Assembly (NCBI GenBank): GCA_050953245.1
Contig: JBMNMG010000005.1
Location: forward strand, 320,575-384,574
Direction of reading: 5' to 3'
Source of the DNA: Bacteroidales bacterium
GTDB taxonomy: Bacteria; Bacteroidota; Bacteroidia; Bacteroidales; BM520
Length of the DNA: 64,000 nucleotides
Shown: positions 60,178 to 64,000 of the stretch, in pieces
Layout: each line of letters opens with the position of its first letter
How positions within the stretch are numbered: position 1 is the stretch's first letter
The notes under the pieces: generated by a model
Told to the model about the DNA's origin: nothing
The model's database searches: none
The model's input: the letters and a program-made list of their open reading frames with translations, nothing else
Made by a program: the position numbers and the translations under genes

Positions 60178-61479
60178 ATGAAAAAAGAAAAATCACAAAA
60201 CAGGTTATTGCTGTTTGTAATGGTTATGATTACAATATCATTACCTATCAAATCGACTTTTGCGCAAAACGCTATTGATTTATATAAGTCCATGTCAAAA
60301 GAATTTGCAACAGACCATCCATTTGTAAGTTTTGTCGTTGACGTCGAGCAACGGAAAGATGATTCCACCCTGTGGACCTCCCAAAAACATGTCTTCCTGG
60401 ATTATGATGAGAAAAATCCAACGATCTATGTGGATTATTTAAGTGAAGGCGGAAGGATTAGGGAATCTCAACTATTAGACACAAAAAAATACATTTGCAT
60501 TGACCATGACAGTTATGAAATCACCAGATACGACAACAAGAAAATGCCCTGGGACGACTATCATGACTACGGACTATTTGAATTTATTCCTCACGCATTC
60601 TACTATTTGAGTTATTACCTTTATCCCATGAAGGGAAAAATTCGAGGAGGATTGATGATGTACACGATTTCCAACATCCAAGACCAAGAATCTATAACGG
60701 TCAATGACAAATTATACACGAAGTTTCACGGTATTTCCAACACCTTAATTACTACAAATGGAAAAACAGGCAAGCGAATGTTGGCCAAGAATAAAGCGGC
60801 TTTTTTTGTCAATCAAGAAACGAAAGTGTTGGACAGTGTTTATGTTATTCAAACTCCCTCAGATTACGAGAAGTGGGAGACCTTTGTGAGCATTCGGGAT
60901 GTTGTGTTTTCTGACCCCCAAAAGTACATTGATGATGTTTTCAACCTTGAGAAGGCGGAATATAAGAATTACAGCCGCCACGACAGCAAAAATCCGCCAC
61001 TGAGCAGAGCTTATTCCAGAAATAAAGGCGTGACTGAAGCCTTGCTCAACTATCCTTTGCAGAAACTGGACAGCGGGCTAACCACTCTTGCTGACAACAA
61101 GGGCTGGGTCTTGCTTAACTTTTGGAGTGTAAACTGTCCCCCTTGTTTGGCTCATCTGAAAGAGTTGGGGCACGAAAAAGATTCACTGGGGACATATATC
61201 TTGGAAAGTAAAGGCATTAAAATATTGGCTATCAATCATCGATCGGACAATGTTGATCTTATTCGCTCCATTGCAGAAAAAACTAACACGTCTGAAATTG
61301 TCTATTATGCGAATGGCATAGGCGATGTCATCAGTATTCGATTTCTCAATTATTATTATCTCATCTCTCCTGACAGACAAATTGTTTATGAAACATGGGA
61401 TTTAGGCGACTATTCCGAACTCCTGAAAGCAAAAGCAGATTATGAAAAACGACACCCGGAATTGTCAAGTATTCCATAA
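60178..61479 (+). CDS. secreted protein with C-terminal TlpA/thioredoxin-like domain
   Basis: Signal peptide (…KSTFAQ) and LLNFWSVNCPPCLAHLKEL (CxxC in a Trx fold). The N-terminal ~290 aa are unassigned. Confidence 0.62.
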   Translation: MKKEKSQNRLLLFVMVMITISLPIKSTFAQNAIDLYKSMSKEFATDHPFVSFVVDVEQRKDDSTLWTSQKHVFLDYDEKNPTIYVDYLSEGGRIRESQLLDTKKYICIDHDSYEITRYDNKKMPWDDYHDYGLFEFIPHAFYYLSYYLYPMKGKIRGGLMMYTISNIQDQESITVNDKLYTKFHGISNTLITTNGKTGKRMLAKNKAAFFVNQETKVLDSVYVIQTPSDYEKWETFVSIRDVVFSDPQKYIDDVFNLEKAEYKNYSRHDSKNPPLSRAYSRNKGVTEALLNYPLQKLDSGLTTLADNKGWVLLNFWSVNCPPCLAHLKELGHEKDSLGTYILESKGIKILAINHRSDNVDLIRSIAEKTNTSEIVYYANGIGDVISIRFLNYYYLISPDRQIVYETWDLGDYSELLKAKADYEKRHPELSSIP

Positions 61480-61653
61480 CAAAAGAGGATTGCGGGAAAG
61501 AAATGGTAAGAAAAGTAGAGGAACAGGAAATTATGAAAACCCTTATAACCCCATCGAATTGGAATAGGCAACCTAAGATGTGAAGAAAAACAACAAAAAG
61601 GTAAAACATCTAAATTTGAATTGTAATAAACAATTTGAAACTGAACAAGCTGA

Positions 61654-61971
61654 AGCAAAGCAGACAGCCGGCCTATTGTGAGCCTCATCTATAACGCTAA
61701 TTTGAACGTGATGCTGCCTTTCGGCTTGTCCGTTACGCCTGCAGTGGAGTACTATCATACCCGTACCGAAGGACGCAAAGACAATTTTGTGCTTTTGGAT
61801 TGCAGCCTAGGCTACACGTTCCGTAATGTCAAATTCAGCCTTGACGTGAACAATATTCTTGGTACGGATAGTTTTATATATTCCTATTATTCCGGGATTT
61901 ATGGGTATTATTCTGCGTATTCCATTCTCCCGCGCAGTGTGATGTTAACCGCGAGATTCAAGGTGATGTAA
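61654..61971 (+). pseudogene. C-terminal fragment of an outer-membrane beta-barrel (TonB-dependent-receptor-like) gene
   Basis: Only ~100 codons are open. Alternating beta-strand pattern (FSLDVNNILGTD..., PRSVMLTARFKV) resembles a barrel C-terminus. No N-terminal part is present. Confidence 0.45.
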
Positions 61972-62020
61972 CTTATAGATGAAAAATACTTTCACGTATA
62001 ATATTATAGAATAATAATAA

Positions 62021-62060
62021 AAAAAGAGCCATCTAAGTTTAGTTAAATGGCTCTTTTATT
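62021..62060. terminator. bidirectional terminator hairpin
   Basis: AAAAAGAGCCAT ... ATGGCTCTTTTATT, flanked by an A-run and a T-run. Lies between the convergent barrel fragment and nifJ. Confidence 0.75.
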
Positions 62061-62112
62061 TATATAACTATATTTATTTTATTATATAGCTAAATAATTG
62101 ATTTCAAAGTTA

Positions 62113-64000
62113 TTATTTTTCTTCTGCTAACTTTTTATATTGATTATATCTCCATTGAGCATTTTCTTGTGTTGCTTTAAATAACACTTTTGCTTCTTCA
62201 GGGAATGTTTTTGTTAGAGAATTAAATCTAACTTCGTTCATTAAGAAGTCTTGGAATTTATCCCAATCAGGTTCTTTACTATCTAAAGTAAATGGGTTTT
62301 TATCTGTTCCTTCTAAAGCTGGGTTATAACGCCATAAGTGCCAGTAACCGCATTCTACAGCTTTCTTTTCTTCTAATTGTGTTTTACCCATACCCGATTT
62401 AATACCATGATTAATACAAGGTGAGTAACAAATTACTAATGAAGGACCTGGATATTCTTCAGCTTCTTTAATAGCTTTGAAATATTGAGCATGATTTGCC
62501 CCCATTGCTACTTGAGCTACATAAACGTAACCATAAGTACGAGCAATCATTCCTAAGTCTTTTTTACGAACTTTTTTACCGGAAGTTGCAAATTTAGCAA
62601 CTGCACCTGCAGGAGTAGCTTTTGAAGATTGACCACCTGTATTTGAATAAACTTCTGTGTCTAATACTAAAATGTTAACATCTTCACCGGAAGCAATAAC
62701 GTGATCTAAACCACCAAAACCAATATCATAAGCCCAACCGTCACCACCGATTATCCATTGAGATTTTCTTGCTAAATGATGTTTTAGACTTAAAATTTGT
62801 TTGCAGTATTCACAATTACATTTTTCAGCTAATTCAATTATTTGATCTCCAATTTTTTTGCTTTCTAATGTTTTTTCTTTATTTTCTATCCATTGTTTAA
62901 ATAGATCTTTTAATTCAGCACTAACTTTATCACTCTTTAAACCTTCTTCCATGATTTCTTGTAGAGTGTTTCTTAGTTTTTGAGTTGCTATATACATTCC
63001 TAAACCAAATTCTGCATTATCTTCGAATAATGAGTTACCCCATGATGGGCCATATCCGGAACGATAATTTCTACAATATGGAGTAGCAGGAGCTGAACCA
63101 CCATAAATAGAAGAACAACCTGTAGCATTAGCGATCATCATTTGTTCACCATATAATTGAGTTATACACTTGATGTAAGGTGTTTCGCCACAACCAGCAC
63201 AAGCACCTGAGAATTCAAATAACGGTTGAGCAAATTGGCTGTTTTTAACGTTAGCTGCTTTATCAATTAAATGATCTTTATATGTAACTTTCTTTTGTGA
63301 ATATGTCCAGTGGGCTTCTTCTCCCATTTGAGTTTCTAATGGTTTCATTACTAAAGCTTTTTCCTTAGCAGGACAAACATCAGCACAATTACCGCATCCG
63401 GCACAATCTAACGGAGATACTTGAATTCTAAAATGCATTCCATTTAATTCCTTTGGAACTTTTACTTCTATAGTAGTCATTCCTTCAGGAGCATTTTCCT
63501 TTTCTTTATCATCCATAACAACCGGTCTGATAGCAGCATGAGGACATACTAATGAACATTGGTTACATTGGATACAGTTGTTTGGATTCCATTCAGGAAC
63601 AAATACTGCAATACCACGTTTTTCGTATTCTGTAGTACCGGCAGGGAAAGTGCCATCTTCATAACCGTTAAATGCACTAACAGGTAAATCGTTTCCTTTT
63701 TGAGCAAGTATAGGTCTTACTATGTTTCTAATAAACTCAGGCTCATCTTCGTTACCTTTATCTTTTTTAACTTCAATATTTGCCCATTCTTTTGGAATTT
63801 CAACTTTAGTAACGTCAGAACCGCGATCTACTGCTGCATAGTTCATTTTTACAATATTATCACCTTTTCTTCCATACGATTTTACAATAAATTCTTTCAT
63901 TTGTTCTACAGCTAAATCGTAAGGAATTACGTTAGAAATTTTAAAGAAGGCAGATTGTAAAATAGTATTGGTTCTGTTACCTAATCCAATTTCTTGAGCT
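62113..64000 (-). CDS. nifJ: pyruvate:ferredoxin (flavodoxin) oxidoreductase, C-terminal ~630 aa (5' part beyond the window)
   Basis: CIQCNQCSLVCPH and CAGCGNCADVCP ferredoxin domain, then the TPP domain GGDGWAYDIGFGGLDH. The frame stays open upstream of the tracked Met to position 64000. Confidence 0.93.
   Translation of the reverse strand, partial: AQEIGLGNRTNTILQSAFFKISNVIPYDLAVEQMKEFIVKSYGRKGDNIVKMNYAAVDRGSDVTKVEIPKEWANIEVKKDKGNEDEPEFIRNIVRPILAQKGNDLPVSAFNGYEDGTFPAGTTEYEKRGIAVFVPEWNPNNCIQCNQCSLVCPHAAIRPVVMDDKEKENAPEGMTTIEVKVPKELNGMHFRIQVSPLDCAGCGNCADVCPAKEKALVMKPLETQMGEEAHWTYSQKKVTYKDHLIDKAANVKNSQFAQPLFEFSGACAGCGETPYIKCITQLYGEQMMIANATGCSSIYGGSAPATPYCRNYRSGYGPSWGNSLFEDNAEFGLGMYIATQKLRNTLQEIMEEGLKSDKVSAELKDLFKQWIENKEKTLESKKIGDQIIELAEKCNCEYCKQILSLKHHLARKSQWIIGGDGWAYDIGFGGLDHVIASGEDVNILVLDTEVYSNTGGQSSKATPAGAVAKFATSGKKVRKKDLGMIARTYGYVYVAQVAMGANHAQYFKAIKEAEEYPGPSLVICYSPCINHGIKSGMGKTQLEEKKAVECGYWHLWRYNPALEGTDKNPFTLDSKEPDWDKFQDFLMNEVRFNSLTKTFPEEAKVLFKATQENAQWRYNQYKKLAEEK

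Overview
The window looks like an AT-rich Bacteroidota chromosome segment. Support for that call: TAnnTTTG -7 promoter boxes sit in front of many genes, and two proteins carry T9SS C-terminal sorting domains.

Gene layout, left to right:
- 2-1922: a small 4Fe-4S protein and a C69 dipeptidase.
- 2.1-23.9 kb: a ~21.8-kb Wzx/Wzy-type surface-polysaccharide locus. It contains rfbA and rfbB, a WbpP/TviB-like pair, a flippase, a polymerase, GT4 glycosyltransferases, an AAC(3)-like acetyltransferase and the FnlA/B/C L-FucNAc pathway. A 1.26-kb cassette interrupts the Fnl genes. The locus ends with a WbuB-like GT, a PglC-type initiating transferase, GNAT, a DegT-like gene, a FemAB-like gene and a DegT aminotransferase.
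- ~22.65-32.4 kb: a higher-GC block. It holds mgtE, an internally duplicated BspA-type LRR/LamG protein, an AAA+/DUF4143 ATPase bracketed by a structured repeat, a DUF2807-like protein and a flavodoxin-like protein.
- 33.4-35.3 kb: a small acyltransferase plus flippase pair.
- 35.4-39.8 kb: two tandem C10 cysteine peptidases with T9SS sorting domains.
- 39.8-41.3 kb: a RAYT-like HUH transposase gene flanked by strictly 22-bp-phased repeat arrays.
- 41.4-58.7 kb: housekeeping genes. These are pyrG, yidC, tRNA-Pro(GGG), a U32 peptidase, a HAD hydrolase, an arginase-fold protein, topA, miaB, kamD/kamE plus CoA-transferase subunit B, a sigma-like protein and YfhO.
- 58.7-62.0 kb: a patchy, higher-GC, partly decayed region.
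- 62113 to the window edge: the 3' part of nifJ (PFOR), running off the window.

Most interesting observations:
1. The RAYT-like gene with its duplicated 22-bp-phased short-palindrome modules.
2. Two homologous mini-ORFs ending in PYNPIELE, which differ only synonymously over that tail.
3. The structured ~120-155-bp repeat in three copies around the ATPase.
4. The cassette insertion with a perfect 32-bp duplication inside the fnl operon.

No CRISPR array, rRNA, integrase or recognisable defence system was seen. All family calls come from by-eye motif recognition, not from searches.
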